Assembly: GCA_033442325.1 (NCBI GenBank)
Contig: JAWQFM010000015.1
Coordinates: 188,843 to 252,842, forward strand
Source of the DNA: Salpingoeca rosetta
Lineage: Eukaryota > Protista > Choanoflagellata
Reading direction: 5' to 3'
Length of the DNA stretch: 64,000 nucleotides
Shown here piece after piece: positions 1-21,107 of this stretch (position 1 is the stretch's first letter; the number at the start of each line of letters is the position of its first letter). The notes beneath the pieces are model-generated. The model was not told the origin of the DNA, did no database searches, and worked only from the letters and a program-made list of their open reading frames with translations. The translations under genes and the position numbers were made by a program.

Positions 1-3000
1 TCGCTTGCACAGCGCATCGCCGAGGACGTGTGCTTCTCGCTCGATGGCGCGCCACCCCCAGCAGGCGCCAGTGATGGTGATGCACAGGGGGGCGCTGTGG
101 CCGGTGGCGAGGAAGCCGCCGTTGAAAGGGCCACTACCACCACCGCCACCATTCGAGACGGTGAACGGAACAGCAACAACGGCTCACGTGGTGGTGGTGG
201 TGGTGATGCACATGATGGTGCAAGCAGCGACACTCCCTCCCAACAGCAAGAACAGTCCCAGGCAGCGGTAGCAGCAACACTGGTGGAGCCTCGCCCACGC
301 CTGCTGCAGGCGTTTCTGCTGGACACGGAGGCCAACCCCGCACGATCCTATGCTGTGCATCGACTTGTGGAGCGGTGGGTTGAGGCCGGTCTGTACATGG
401 ACGCGTACATCTTCTACTCGGCGACAGAGGGCACCACTGCGCCCATCACGCACGACCGCCTGCTGGAGGCGTACATTCGCTTTGACAAGCAGGCGCAGTA
501 CCAGCTGCCCGACTATGTGCGCCGGTTCCAGAACAAGGTGCTGGGTGCCCAGGTGCTGCTGGAGCACTTGCACGTGCTGTCGATGAAGGATACGCTTGAC
601 CTGCTCCACCTCTTCCATGAGCACCTGTCTGAACTGGCCAGCAGCGTGGAGCGCGTTGATGCCGCCATTGTGTCGTGCACACATGCACTGCACGTGCAGC
701 AGCTGCGGGCAACGGCAGCTACCATCAGTCGCCGCCTTGACCAGATGCGCTCCTTGCAGAAGATTATGGTGGCGTGCGAGGATCTCTTGCCCTCGTGGCA
801 GTCGCTTGTCCGCGTTGCAGCGCAGAGCCGTGTTGCTCGCGACGTGGCTGCAGGCAGTGACGGTGGCGGCATGTGTGCGGGCGCGGGTGCCACGGACCGG
901 TGCCTTGCCAAGTGTGGGTATGTGCCCGTGGCCACGTGCGATGCCCGTGACTGCTTGAGTGTGGGCGACACGACGTCCACCTTCGCCCGTGTGGGTGCTG
1001 GACGCAAGGGCCTACAGGCCTTGCCTGGCACAGGGAAGCGGGGAGCGAGTGCGTGCGGTCCCGGGATCGGCAGTGAAGATGCTGGTGTGGGCGCGAGCGA
1101 GCGCGAGTCGATGGATGACCTGCAGAACCTGATTCTCTCCACGCTGTTGAAACGGCACGAGTTGGCGCTGGCGAAGGAGTGGGCAAAGATGCACGACAAG
1201 GACCAGAAGGTGGTGTGGATGGGCCACATTGACAACATGCTGCAGCAAGGGCAGGTTGAGCGCGCCAAGGATGAGCTGGGCGGGCTGCCGGCTGCTGTTG
1301 CACTGGAGACGAGCTACGCCCTCCTGAGGAAGATGTTGCTGGATCGAATCGACAAGCACCACCACGACCGCCGCCACCGCCAACACCAACAGCAGCAAGT
1401 GGCGGGTCAGCGGTCCCAGTCGCGGTCCTCTGGTGCAGCGTCCACGTCAGCGGCCGGCAGCGTGGTGTCGAGTTCGTGGCGCTCGGGCACGACACATGAG
1501 GGCTACGCGTCGTCGTCAGTTGTCTCCTCATCACGCGCCAACGGCACCTCTGGTGTGTCCACAAGCGTGGGCATATTCACAGCACCACACGGCAGCGGCA
1601 GCGGCAGTGGTGGTGGCGGTGGTGGCACACGCACGCACTCGTCGGCTGCCTCGGGTGTATCCATGTCGTCCACGACGGCAGCAAGTGAGAGGCGATCGGG
1701 CGCTGGCAGTCGGGGCACAAGCAGCGGCGTGCACTCTGTTGCGCCTTCAAGTGTCCACGTCCACGGCGGGCAAGGCGCCCAAGGAGATCAAGGCAATGAA
1801 GGTGCAGGCAATGGAAATGACGGCAATGGAACGAAGCGGAGGCTGTTTGGGCGGTTGCGCAGGCTGGGCAGACGCAAGGGCAGAGGAGGAGGAGGAGGAG
1901 GCAATGGTATCGATGAGAGTGATGTGCATGGGGACGAAGGCGAAGGCACTGGCAGTGACAGTCCCGGTGTTGCAAGTGAGGTTCAGCAGGGTGTCCCAAG
2001 CGATGGAGAGTGGGTGCGTGTGGAGCAAGAGGAAGGCCGGCTGGTTCGCGCGCCATATCTCAAAGGCCTGCTGATGCTGTGCGATTTCCTACTTGAGAAC
2101 GCGCCCACATCGACACCAAAGAAGAAGAAGAAAGCAGCGAAAACGGCGACAGACACGGCTGCAGCACCGACTGCAACGCGTGAGGGCGCCCCACACAATG
2201 GTGTGGAGTCGACCGCGTCTCCTTCCAGAGTGCAGAGCGACAAGAAGACCCACAGCACCGCAGCAGCAAAGGGAGCAAAAAAGATAGCGCCCGGCAAATC
2301 GTCCACGTTGCGCTCCACGCCCCCATCACCGCCATCGTCGTCGTCAGCAGCAGCAGCAGGTGGTGGTGGCGAGAGCGTTGATTTGGCGCGGGTGCGTGAG
2401 AGCCGGGTTGTGCTGACAATCTTGGTGACGGTGCCCATGCGTCTGCGCGCATGCCTGCTGCCACTCACTGCCTCTGCGCCGCGCATGGTGGAGCAGCTGC
2501 TTGTGCTGAGCGAGACGCGCGTCGTCGCCACGGTGCTGGGTGCACTTGACAGCAAGGCGCGTGCGCTGGCGCTGAGCATGGACGGTCGAGATGACCTCAA
2601 GTACAACCTGCCGTGCATGCCTGCGGAGGAGGTGGATGCGTGGGAGTCGTCGTCGTTTGCATCGCACAGCGGCGTGAGCACAAGCAGCATCGCCACACCC
2701 GCTCGCAGCACAAGCAGTGGCGCTGTTCGCGACAGACGCACCCCACAACAACAACAACAGCAGCAGCAACAGCTGTCGCAGTCACAGCAGCCATCGCAGT
2801 CTGGCAAGAAGGGGCGAGCGCGCAAAGAGCCCCAGGTGACCATCTACGGCATGCCGCCGGCACCGACGGAGACAGCAGACGCAGCGCCCGCAGGGCCCTC
2901 TCCTCGGCAGCAGCGCATTGATCGCGCTGTTGCGTCGTGTGATCTGCTGCTGTACTACGCACGCAAGGCGATGAGCGTGGGGGAGACCAGCACTGCGCTG

Positions 3001-5991
3001 CTTGGGATGGAGCGGCTTGCGCCCGATGTGGCGAGTGCAGGCGACGGCTCTAGCCAGGCCACCATTACGCCGTCGACACCGGCCTGGGGGCGTGGCAGCG
3101 GCGGCGGTGCTTTTGGTGGAGGACGTGTTGTGGAGGAAGAAGAGGAAGAGGAAGAAGAGGAAGGCGGGTTTGATACGGACACTGAAGGGTTTGAGGTTGT
3201 GCGCCGGGGCAGAGTCGATGAAGCTGGCCAGAGCATGTATGCCGACGAGTATGGGCACATGATGGTGACGTTGGACGAGCGGGTGCGCGTTGCGTTGGAG
3301 ACACGCGAGCAAATCGTGCGGCGACGGCGGTTTGAGTACATGCCCCACCCGGACTTTGTGCTGTGCTCGATGCTGCTGGACATGCACCCTGACGCGGCCA
3401 AGACGGCGCAGTTCTGCCTTGATCTTGCCCACGACCTGTCGACGCTGCTTGTGCGCGGGCTTCGCGTCGACCTGTACTCGCTCACCACCTCCATCTACCA
3501 GCTGCTGTACATGGCGCGCGTCAAGTTCAACAAGGTCAACGACGTGGAGCGGGACGCCGTGTCGCAGGTGCTGCTGCGCCGCGCGGAGCTGCTTCGCTTC
3601 CTGGTGGCCAGCAACGTGCATCGCCGCTTCCTGCTCTCGCTTGACGCGTTGGCGCGGCCGGAGTGTGTGCGCAGGCTGCAGCTGCGCCTTCTCAAGCAGA
3701 AGATGTTCAGTCTCGCGTGCAGGGTTGCACTCAAGTGCCAGGTGAGTTGTTGGTGATGGTGGTGGTGGTGGTGGTGGGATTGTGTATGTGGTGGTGGGGT
3801 TGTGATGCTGTGTGGTGTGTCCTTCTGTGCTGCTGTGATGCTTTGTTTGCTGCCTTGTCTCACACCCAATTTCGGCCTGCTGTGCTGACGCCTTCACGAC
3901 GCTCTTTGCACACTGGTCATGCTTCGCCACACACTCCCATTCCCCCACACTGCCCAACAATTCTCCCTCCCGTCTTATTGCCGTGCTTCAGGTGGACGAC
4001 ACGGATGCGCTGATGCAGTGGGGCATTGAGCTCCTGCGCGTGCGGTCGTACGACGAAGCGCGCGAAAAGCTCGATAGCGCATTACGCAAGACAACACGGA
4101 AGCCCAAACACTTGACGGACATCTTGCGTCATCTTGAGCAGGCGCCCACGCTTGAGATCCAGCCGCCGGGCGACGACAGCGGGGACTTGGCGTTTATGTG
4201 TCAAAACCTGCGACAACTCGCACAGACAGCAGCAGCGCAGCGCAACCGCGGGGGCGATGTGGGTGGTGGTGGTGGTCGGAGACAACGCAAGGCGACAAGC
4301 AGCAGCAACGGCAACAGCAAAAACAGTCGTGGCGGTGGTGGGGTGACACGCTTACCGGCTGATGCTGAGGGCCCGCTGGCTCTTCGTGCAGAGACACACG
4401 GGCGTGTGAGCATGACGAGTCACTTGAGCAGGCAGCAGCTGCTGCTGGCGCGCCACCTGTGCACGCAGGCGTGCAACTGCCCCGACAAGCTGCTTGAGTT
4501 TTACGTGAAGCACGGGCTGTACGATGCGGCGGTGCGGATGGTGCTGCATGAGCGGCTCGACCCGTCCCTCTTCCACGAGTTTGTGCTGTATCCCGTGCTG
4601 TCGACACGGCGCCTGGCCGGGACGGTTGGGTTTGAAGAGTGCGCGACCGACCTCGACGCGCTGCTGCAGTGCATGGAGCTTGAGGCTGCGCCCCGGACGA
4701 AACACGGCCTGGCGAAGACGGAGGGGCGGCGGCGGTGGTTGCCATATGTCCGCGTGTCCTGTCACCGGCTGCAGGATAGGCTGCAGGTGATGTACAAGTT
4801 GCAGCTGTTTGCGGACGACCACGTGAGCGCGGTGTCGACGTGCGTGGGTTTTGCCACGCAGGCCGGGCTGAGCATGCACCAGCGCACGCAGTGGTACGAG
4901 CAAGCGGAGAAGCACCTGGAGGTGGTGGTGTCTGTGGACAAGGCGGCGTTATCTGCACCGCCACCGCCATCGCCGACGCGCTCGCGCACTTCCGGCGGAA
5001 CCATGTCCAGCAGCAGCGTGGCTTCAGCCGGCAGCGGCAGCAGTGTTGGCGGTGTTGGCAGCACGACTGCGCGCACTGCTGGACTGAGCCATCCTGGGAC
5101 GGCACGGTCGCGGGAGGAGGTGACGCTACTGCAGGCGAAGGTGCAGTGGCAGCGGCTGGCGGCGACGGTGTTCAACGAGCACATGCAGGCCATCCGAGAC
5201 AGCGGGGAGGGCCGGATGGAGGACGTGGAGAAGCTCATGCAGCTGAACGTGTTCAAGTCTGTGGCGATGGCGCGGCAGCTTGCCATTGAGCTGCTGTGTC
5301 GCTCCACCGCGAGCACAGGCGTCATCTTCAAGAACGTCCTGTCCATGATCCGACACCTCAAGCTCGGCATGTGGGAGGTGTTTTCCAGCACATGCAACCG
5401 TCTCGCCTCCGAAGCAGAGGTGTGTGTGGTGGGGGGGGGGGAGGGGGAGGGAGGAGAGGGAGGAGAGGGAGAAAGGGGTTTGTGTGTGTGTGTGTGTGGA
5501 AGGGTGTGTGTACCAACATTTGTGTGTAACAACACATACACGATCTTTCAAACGTTTCACGTGGTGTGCACACCTTGCTTTCTCACATGAACCTACGCCA
5601 CCCTTGCTTTGTCTTCCTCCTCTTCCTACTCCTCCCTCTTTGTCGATGATAGACTGCGCGGCTGAAGGAGCTGTTGGACCGGATGAAAGGCGTGATGACG
5701 GATACGAGTGCGCTTGACAAGCTGCTGCGCCTGTGCGCGACGGTGTATCTGAAGCGGCACAACTCGCAGGGTACGGCGCATTTCTTCGTGAACCGCATGT
5801 TCTCGGACAACTTCAAGGTGACGACGCTGCTTGAGCTGGACATGGCGCGACAGGCGTACAAGGCGGCGATTGAGAGCGCGGACAAGGTGACGAATGTGCG
5901 GCGCGTGCTTGCTGCTGCCCTGGCCCTCAACAAGAACGCCACCATCACCCGCTGCCAGACGTGGCTCAAGAACCATGCACCAGCAGAGTAG
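1..5991 (+). CDS. ZFYVE26: Spastizin (ZFYVE26/SPG15)-like protein, 5'-partial; exons <1-3741, 3992-5419, 5653-5991
   Basis: FEYMPHPDFVLCSMLLDMH...LLYMARVKF...LSLDALARPECVRRLQLRLLKQKMFSLACRVALKCQ|VDDTDALMQWGIELLR...AREKL parallels the spastizin C-terminal region (YEQAPSASLC...SLDQIL...RLRNQLL...AWGMACLK...AREKF). GT-AG introns 3742-3991 and 5420-5652 join three ORFs in frame. Confidence 0.8.
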
Positions 5992-6119
5992 TGTGTGTGT
6001 TGTGTGTGTGATAGTGTGTGATAGTGTGTGATAGTGTGTGATAGTGTGTGATAGTGTGTGTGTGTGTGATAGTGTGTGTGTGTGTGATAGTGTGTGTGTG
6101 TGTGATTGTGATAGTGTGA

Positions 6120-6189
<70 letters not shown>
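5992..6189. repeat. (ATAGTGTGTG)n-like / (GT)n microsatellite directly after the stop codon
   Basis: Seen directly in the sequence. Confidence 0.9.
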
Positions 6190-6347
6190 AAATCAAAGGA
6201 TGGAGTGAAAACAGCAACTAATGGCCACAAGTGCTTCACTGAATCAACACCCGCTTCCATTATATTCGTATTAACTCAATTCACCCCTTTTTAACCGTGT
6301 CCGAGTGGTCTTAGTTTTGCTTAGCCATCACGAACCTAGAAAGGGCG

Positions 6348-6447
6348 NNNNNNNNNNNNNNNNNNNNNNNNNNNNNNNNNNNNNNNNNNNNNNNNNNNNN
6401 NNNNNNNNNNNNNNNNNNNNNNNNNNNNNNNNNNNNNNNNNNNNNNN
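6348..6447. other. Assembly gap (100 N)
   Basis: Run of N. Confidence 1.
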
Positions 6448-6553
6448 GAGTGTCTTGTACGTCCACGCACTTGGTGGGCCACTCTCAATCACAACTTTGT
6501 CAAACAGCCCGTTGCTGCACGTGGGGTTGCACGCGTCACATGATGGCGACGGT

Positions 6554-6693
<140 letters not shown>

Positions 6694-7377
6694 TTTGCTC
6701 GTCTTGCTCCCTGCTCCTGCTTGTTTGTTTTTGCCAGCAACGAAAATTTGGTTCGACTATTGTTAGAAGACGTACATAAAATTCTCGCCGGAAGCACACC
6801 AAGACAGGAGAAGCGAAGGAGGAAGCAAAACAACAACCAACACCAACATGAGCGACGATTGGGAGTGAGTCGGTTGTGTGATGTCTTGTGTTTGTGTTGT
6901 TGAGAGACTCTGTGCATGTGTGTGTGTGAATGTGTGTGTGTGTGAATGTGTGTGTGAATGTGTGTGTGTCGGTGTGTTGTGTGTGTGTGATGTGTGCTGT
7001 GCTAGGAATGGATTGGTTGTGTGATTGAGACAGGTCTTTCTGAAGGGACACCACAGCCCATGCTCACGACGAACATACACTTGCCGTGCGCTGCGCGAAT
7101 GGTTGTTGTGCTCACCACAGACAGGAATCGCGGCCGTCCACGGCCAGCAGCCGGCGCCAGCTCATGGCAAAGAAGCGCGGATCGGTGCGTGCGTGTGCAT
7201 GTTTGTGCTTGTTTGTGGTGTGCTTGTGCGTGTGCATGTTTGTGCTTGTGTTTTTGCGCTTGTGCGTGTGGTGTGCGTGCGTGTGCGTGCGCGTTTGTGT
7301 TGGTGCCCTTCTTGTGGTCAACTCGATTCTATGCGATGCGGTTGTGTGAGCAGAAGAAGAACCAGCCAGGGCTGATC

Positions 7378-10855
<3,478 letters not shown>

Positions 10856-11023
10856 AGGCTGACTCAACGTTCCACAACGAAACCATCACCATCACCACCA
10901 GCACGCTTGCTTGCTTATCTTGCGCCACAGACACACACTGATGCTTCCCTTTCGTTTGCTTTTCTTCTGTCCATTTTCCAATGAAAGCCAACAAGCAAGA
11001 AAGTGAGAGTGAGAGAGGGTGAG

Positions 11024-11091
<68 letters not shown>

Positions 11092-11451
11092 GAGAGGAAG
11101 CGTTAATGCAAATCACACCCATTACGCGCATTCGTCATGTGTGGTGGCGAAGTGTCCCCTGATTGAAGGTCCTACTTGCTGTTTGTCAGTTTTTTTGGGG
11201 GTGCACTCGTTCCGCGCATTCCGAATGAACGTATTGAATGGATGCTCCAAACCCACCACAGACAGCATACAACTGCAACGACAGCACCAACCCCTTGCCT
11301 TACCCCGAACCAACCAACCAATCAACCAATCAACCAGCCAACGCTTCTTGCTATCATCCCCAACAGCACAACACACAGACAGACGAAGGAACATCAACCA
11401 ACGCACAGCTGTCAAGGCAGCGACAACAACAGCCAACAAGCCAACAAGAAG

Positions 11452-11618
11452 ATGGGAGCGTGGGTGTTCTTCGATGAGCTTGTGCTCTCCGGTACGTTGC
11501 TCGACGGCTTGTCAAGCACGGGCGCATCAACCATGTGTGTACGTGTGTGTGCTGTTGTTATCACTTTTTTTTCTGCTCGTAGCTTCCTGTATCATCCACC
11601 CAACAGCTCGGCTCACTC

Positions 11619-11672
<54 letters not shown>

Positions 11673-11979
11673 CAGTCATCGTGTTGGTGGCAGTGGGGTT
11701 CTGTGTCATTAGCGGGATTTCCATTGGTGTGAAGCACAAGCTGAAGCACACACTGTGGACATGGTCTCACCTTGGACCCTGGTGGTACATCGGCGGGCTA
11801 ATTGTTATTGGCGTCACCTCCATCGGCTTCCAAAGGACAGGCACCGCGACCACCGCATGCAGCGTAGGTGGTGTTGATGTGTTTTAGGTTGCTGCGTGGA
11901 GTTGATGTTGGGGCGCTGAGCACCACGCCGGAGGGGGGATGCACCTGCGATTGCGGGTCTTTGCACAATGTGCTCTCAT

Positions 11980-12017
<38 letters not shown>

Positions 12018-12755
12018 ACACACACACACATGCACGCACACACACACTCACACACTCACACGCTCACGTTCACACACACTCACACACTCACACGCTCACG
12101 TTCACACACACTCACACACTCACACTCACCCATACACCATACACGCACATGCACACGCGCAGATCAATGGGGCGTTCATGTACATTGGCGTGGCCATTGC
12201 GGCGTTCTCGTGCCACCACTTGCTGGTGCATCACACGCTGTCGTGCGTGTGCGCGCAAACCTGGGCCCCGCCAGCGTGGGCGGCATGGCTATTTCGCCAC
12301 TTTGTGCTGCTGCACCACGTCATCACATGCGTCCTGCCCATCTTGCTGGCGGCCGCAATGAATGCGGTGGATCCGGCCGTGTTCGCCACCGCAACCACGT
12401 GCTCCTTCAACACACGCGCTGGCGCCGCCTTCATTGGGCTGGTGCCCCTCTTCTTCGTGGCACTGAGCATGGTGCTGCTTGTCGTCCTGCACATGACCCG
12501 CAGCACGACCGCGGGCTGGGTCAGCCGCAGCCACGCCGCCATGTATGCAGTCCTTGGCAGCTTGCTTGCGTTGCAAATCGGCACCATTCACGCCCTCAAC
12601 AGCACGCCCACGTCAGAGTGGCAGGTCATTCACATCACCGCATTCATCGTCCAATCGGTGCGTGTGCTTGTGTTTGCTGGTGTGTGTGTGTGTGTGTGCT
12701 TGAGTGTGTGTGTGTGTGTTTGAGTGAGAGAGAGAGAGAGAGAGCGAGAATTCAT

Positions 12756-12787
<32 letters not shown>

Positions 12788-13724
12788 GCTGATGTAAGCA
12801 GCAGCGTCTACGTAGCTGTTTCGATGCCTTTTGTGTTGCTGCTTATCACCGTGATTTTTGACAACCGTTCTTGCCTTGTGTTGCACAGTGCTTGGTGTTG
12901 GTTGTGTCCACCATCTGGACCATGGCGCCCGTCTCCCGTCACCAACAGCGCGCGTACGTTGCTTGCTTGCAAACACCCACTGTTGCAGCATGAATGTGGT
13001 TGTCATTTGAAATCAACGTCTGTCACTGCTTCATACACACTCAAACAAACACACTCAAACACACACTCTCAAACACACACACACACACAAACGCACTCAA
13101 ACACACACTCTCAAACACACACACACACACACACGCAAACACTGTCTCTCTCTCGTTGACGTTTCTTGTTCACAACTTGCTTGCATGCATGCGTGGCCAC
13201 GTGTACGCCTGCAGGAGCATTGAGGGAAAACGAGGCGGTAAACGCAGCCAGCACACGTCTGCTGCTTCAGTGGATCACCGCACAACAGCCGTGGGCTCAC
13301 GTCAGGCCTCATGTACGCTTTGCAATCCTGAGCTGCTTCCCGTAGACTTTATGTTTCACTCATGTTTGTTGATGAACAGGTGTCTGTGGGCATTTGTGAT
13401 GACTCACACGCGCATCACTAATCGCACACACACACACACACACATTGTTCACTCACTCACTTACTCACTCACTCACTCACTCACTCACTCACTCACTCAC
13501 TCACACACTCATTCACAGATTTGATGGCCAACAACGGTGCGCCAGAGACGAACGACGATCTTCCATTTGAGTGGGACGACGCAGCGTCCACCCCCTCGTT
13601 CAACAGCAAACTCAGGTGTGCTAAGAGACCTACGTTGCAGTCATGTTGTTCGTTACTTGTGCAACTGTTGGTTTGTCATGCCTGCACCCGCACTTGTTGC
13701 CGCGAAAACACACACACACACACA

Positions 13725-13823
<99 letters not shown>

Positions 13824-14328
13824 GCCCACTTTTGTGACAGCGCCGAACCGGCCGCCGTATGAGAATGTGGCGTGTGGCTCTGGCCTCAGCCATCACATTG
13901 ACGGGTACACGCCCATGTCCACCCCGAAACCGATGCCTGCTGTTGGCCCCCGGCCCGTCGCACCACCAAAGAAGCCTGTTCGCCGACACCGCGTGAAACA
14001 GCAGCAACAGCAGCAAATGGGTGTGCAGGGCCCTGAATATGCGTCGTCTCCACTGCATGCTGAAGAGCATTCAGACGGCGCCGTGTACTATGCAATGAAC
14101 GAGCTGCCGCGGCCACCGCCAGCAGCAACCGCGTACGCAGGAGCTGGGACAGCAGCAGCTCAGCAGCAGCACGCGGGCGGGGTGGCACTATCGCCTTATG
14201 TTCCGATTGAGATGACGCGGCGGGATGCTGCGGGTGTGCGGCCCATTCACCTCCCACGCCCCGCACAGCAGAAGCCGCTCGTCATCACCGAGCGCATGTC
14301 GCCCACAACCAGGAAACACCAGCTGTAG
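11452..14328 (+). CDS. 7TM protein, class-B/adhesion-GPCR-like, no ectodomain; exons ~11452-11491, 11676-11863, 12163-12657, 12889-12953, 13215-13312, 13519-~13615, ~13841/13890-14328
   Basis: The spliced product has 7 hydrophobic segments, Cys at the start of TM3 (TACS|INGAFMY), TM4 CVLP, an ECL2 Cys (TTCSF), TM5 FIGLVP and TM7 FIVQS|CLV. The phase of the last intron is unresolved. Confidence 0.65.
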
Positions 14329-14432
14329 CGCAACTTGTAATGTATGACGAGTGAGGGCGAGGGGGATGAGGATGAGTGAGATGAGGGTCTGCTTGATTGA
14401 GTGATTGAGTCTGTCCATGTGTCTATGTGTCT

Positions 14433-14537
14433 GTACATACAAGCAAACGCGTGAGCGTGTGTATGATGTGAAGGGAGACGGAGACGGTACATACAAGCAA
14501 ACGCGTGAGCGTGTGTATGATGTGAAGGGAGACGGAG
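14433..14537. repeat. 51-bp direct tandem duplication, period 54
   Basis: gtacatacaagcaaacgcgtgagcgtgtgtatgatgtgaagggagacggag at 14433-14483 and 14487-14537. Confidence 0.9.
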
Positions 14538-15233
14538 GGAGACGGGGACACTGAGACAGGGAGAAGGAGGCAGGGAGACGGGGACAGGGAGATCAACCTT
14601 ACGCACACACACACACACACACACCATCACACAGCCATCACACACACACACACAACCATCACACACCATCACCCCAACCCCGCGTGCCTTGCCAACGAGC
14701 GAAATTTGGCCATATCTTTCAATGAATGCTTTGTTGATGCGGGAATACGCAACAACGCAACGCGGAAAAAGGGCCACGCCCAACAAACACACACGCACAC
14801 ACGCAAGCGAAGAAAGCGAAGAACCCCCCAAGACGCCATTTCCCGCACGCCTGTTGTGACGACCAATACCGCGAAGCAAGCGAAGGCACGGGAACGTCTT
14901 TGCGCCACTCACCACCATCATCAGCATCGGATACAGCACGCCATTTCTTGAGCTCCCCGACCTTCTCTCTCTCTCCACAAGAACACCAACACCCAGAACA
15001 ACGCGCGCGTGTGTGGACTCGAGTCCCCTCCGAAAAGTGCTTGCTCACCACACAAGAACACCCGCGTTTTGCCTGCAAGAAGCAAAGCAACCACAGCAAC
15101 CACAGCAACCACAGCAACCACAGCGAAACGAGCACCAGACGAGCAGCAGTCTTCACAGCAGCAGTCACCGCAACACACTCCCACGCAGAGGGTTCTTTCT
15201 TTTTGCTGTCTCCGAGTGTATCTCGCCTTGACC

Positions 15234-18850
<3,617 letters not shown>

Positions 18851-19786
18851 TCGGGTTGCGACACGTGCTGAGGGTTTTGCGCAGTGCGGTTGTGGTCTGT
18901 GTTCTGTGGCTGGTCCCTCCAGCCACCCATACGCTGCCCTCTTCCAGCCTTTACCTGTTCAAATTGATCCTTGTGCGTTTCTCCCATGTTTTTCCCATGA
19001 TTTCCTGCTTTTTCTCGACATATCGAACCTGTACCTCAACTGTACCCTATTGTGCTGTACCGCAATGGTCTCACCTGTCATGTAATGTTGACGACATTCC
19101 TTCGTGTCACCTGTTCCTGTACTTCCTTATGGATTGCTTGCTTGTGTACTCTGTTCGTTGACGCTGTGGATCGTGGTGGCTTCTTTTCTCTCGTCTGTAC
19201 ATGTCTTGTCTTGGCCTCTACGTGTCTGGTGGACTGCTTGCGTGATGTGAGTGTAGGCGCTTCAGCAGCCGGTGCCGCCGTGCAAGCCAGCTCACCCACG
19301 CTGCTGCTGCACGCTTGCGCTCGCGCGCATGCATGTTCTTGTGTCAGTGTCAGTACAAACAAAATGGCGCGCGTGTGAGTGAGTGAATAAGTGGGTGTCT
19401 AGAGGTGTGTGTGTCGGTGGTGTTCAAGCTTCACTGACAATGCGTTGATGCACAACGACTCTCCAACGCAACCGACTCAACGCTCCAACGCAACCGACAC
19501 AACGCGACCACGTAAACGCAGAAAAAATAGATGAAATTTTGCAGCAAGCTGGTTACCGCCCACAAGCTGTCACGTTTGACGTTTGACACTTCCCCGAAAT
19601 GGTCGCTTTCGTGTCCATCTTTGAGAGTTGTCGCCAAGCCATTTTTTCCTGGTTTTCGCCCAGACAAAAAGTTCCTCATGCCAATCCAGCTTGCTTGTGT
19701 CGCCATTTCCACCCATCTCTTGTGCGTTTGGTCGTTTTTGATCCTTCCCAGCACCGCCAGCAACAAGCCCAGTCAAGCTACCAAGC

Positions 19787-19828
<42 letters not shown>

Positions 19829-20018
19829 GCGGCAAGCAAGCCAGCAAGCCATATCTGCCCGCCTCCTTGGAGCGATTGCAAAGGTAAGTCAGAAGCACGC
19901 ACGCGGTGTTCTGGTTTGTGAGCGTCCTCAGAAGTGATGGGGGGACAGGAAGGTGTTTGTCCTGATCAGGACAATTGCGTGGATCGAAATCCTCACCTCC
20001 GGACACACACACACACAC

Positions 20019-20056
<38 letters not shown>

Positions 20057-20125
20057 GCACACATGCACACACACACTTTTCTTTGAGCTCTCAGAATAAT
20101 ACACTGCTGCGTCATTATCACGACC

Positions 20126-21060
20126 ATGTCCTGCTGTCCACGCAAGCCGGCTGACCGCGTCGCGCGCATGAACCCGCAGCAGCTGCGGAACTGGCTTCAT
20201 GCAGAAGGCATGGCGCGCCAAGCCGACCTCCTCGACTCTGTCTCCGGTGGCGTCCTTGTGCGCAGCGTGTCCCAGGATCCTGCTTGGCTCACCACCAACC
20301 GCAACATGCCAGCGCATCTCAGCGAGACGCTGCTGGATGCGCTTGGGCTCGATCCCGCCCCTTCACCGAAAGCAGCAACGCAGCTCAAGCAGCTGGAATT
20401 GGACGCTCTTGACGCTGATGATCGCCCGCAAGCGCAGCCAGCTGGCCGTGTCGTGCTGACCGCGTGGGACGATGATGGAACGCCACAAGCTCGCGACAAG
20501 AATGCCACAACGCAGCCGGATGCAGCTGCGATTGGACCAGACTTGCAGCCCGCGGTTCTGGCGCTCGAAACCTGCGAACTCCCTGAGCCACCCGCGACAG
20601 ACAAGTCCTCATGGGGCAAAGTGCTGCGCACGACAATCGGCACCGTCGTCCGCAAGGCCGTGCCCACAATGGTGGAGAAGGCAGCAGAGAGCCTCCCGTT
20701 TGGGTCCCTCGCCGTGACACTGTGCACGCAGACGGTGGCTCGCGTGTCCCAGATGAAGGAGAATCGAGCACTTGCGGAGGAGCTGGCCCGCCGGGCCCGC
20801 AAGATCTCCAAGCACGGCCGTGTGCTCCTCGTGTACTTCCAGGCAGAAGACAGCCCTGACGGGCTTGAGGAGGCGGAGGAGCTGAGCGAGCACACGTTCT
20901 GCTCATTGCGCCTCGTCGTTGACGCCCTCAAGCCCGGTGTCAAGAGCCGTATCCTGCGCTTTTTGAGCTGCGATGACATGGCAGATGGGTTCGCTGAGGC
21001 AAACAAGCGCATGATGGACGCCGTTGGGCTGGTCAACCTCATCTACAACAGCACGCAAGC

Positions 21061-21107
<47 letters not shown>

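Noticed and set aside
184-5541. Long antisense and alternate-frame ORFs over spastizin (and likewise over the NLR and WEE1 genes)
   Set aside because: Expected shadow ORFs of GC-rich coding sequence, with no recognisable motifs.
6190-6347. Atypical sequence ending in AAGGGCG before the gap
   Set aside because: Probably a poor read end or vector trace; a 7-nt match is too short to call.
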